This document shows, in pieces, positions 63,317 to 64,000 of a DNA stretch of 64,000 bases. This DNA comes from Antedon mediterranea (taxonomy: Eukaryota > Animalia > Echinodermata), in the NCBI RefSeq assembly GCF_964355755.1, contig NC_092677.1, forward strand, positions 9,136,101-9,200,100, in the 5' to 3' direction. Made by a program: the position numbers and the translations under genes. Each line of letters begins with the position of its first letter. Position 1 is the first letter of the stretch. Below the pieces are notes generated by a model, which was not told where the DNA came from, did no database searches, and saw only the letters and a list, made by a program, of their open reading frames with translations.

Positions 63317-64000
63317 TAAACTATGAAGTTAAACCACTCAGCTTACAGAATATTCCCATCAAGAAGGAAGTTCTTTTTAGCTGAAGTATAGGTGGATCAG
63401 GTTGGTGGCAAAAGTGGTGTAGAAATGGTGGAACTAACATATACATGAACTTCTCCAACCAAATGGAAAGATTGTAGTGATCCACTTCATTTGTGTGAAA
63501 TATACTGTATGGTATTGGTAAAAGACGGGAGGACCTTCATTCATCAATACAGAGATATGTACAAGGACAGCTTCATACCCTCACCTGTGTGCGAGATGAA
63601 AATGGGCCAAATAAATTTGCAAAAATACATTTATTTTAGTTGGGATTGGAGAATTTTGGTCATGAGATGTATTATGAATATTCATATGTTTTTGATTAAC
63701 AATTATTAAGAAAAGTATGTTTTTAATATCTGTTTAATTTAATCATTATATTGAAAAAAAAAAATTAGAAAAAGTTTGTGTATTATACAGTATAAAGAAA
63801 TATTAAATATATTTTTATTATAGGAAAATAAGAAAAAAATAACTCTTTTCATAAAAACTTATTCATTTTGTAGGTAAAATAAAATAATATTTATAATCTC
63901 AAAGACTTTTTGTCAAGCAATGATTGTATTTGAATTAAAAGAAACTTGTATTTGAAAGTTGTATAATATTGAAATAAGCATTTATATTAAATAAATTCAA

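Overview
AT-rich, intron-containing animal genomic DNA. It is probably from a marine invertebrate deuterostome such as an echinoderm, but that is inference. I hand-spliced seven protein-coding genes with consistent exon phases: capicua (cic, long isoform, 17 coding exons, minus, ~2470 aa, one GC-AG intron); CFAP68/C11orf1 (plus, divergent from cic, with a consensus RFX X-box); an unnamed type II membrane protein fusing an FkbM-type SAM methyltransferase domain to a catalytically degenerate NodB/CE4 deacetylase-like domain (plus, ~497 aa); a BTB-BACK-Kelch gene (minus) with a 55-bp x ~29 minisatellite inside an intronic MITE; an oocyte-type linker histone (H1oo/B4-like, plus) with CPE/Pumilio-type 3' UTR signals; BBS10 (minus, single coding exon); and SLC38A7-like (plus). 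Non-coding DNA holds many MITEs, SINE remnants, a DINE/Helentron-like element and a Penelope terminal-repeat remnant with an apparently intact minimal hammerhead ribozyme. The best novelty candidate is the membrane-anchored methyltransferase/pseudo-deacetylase fusion, a possible Golgi glycan O-methyltransferase. All homology calls come from motif recognition; no searches were run.
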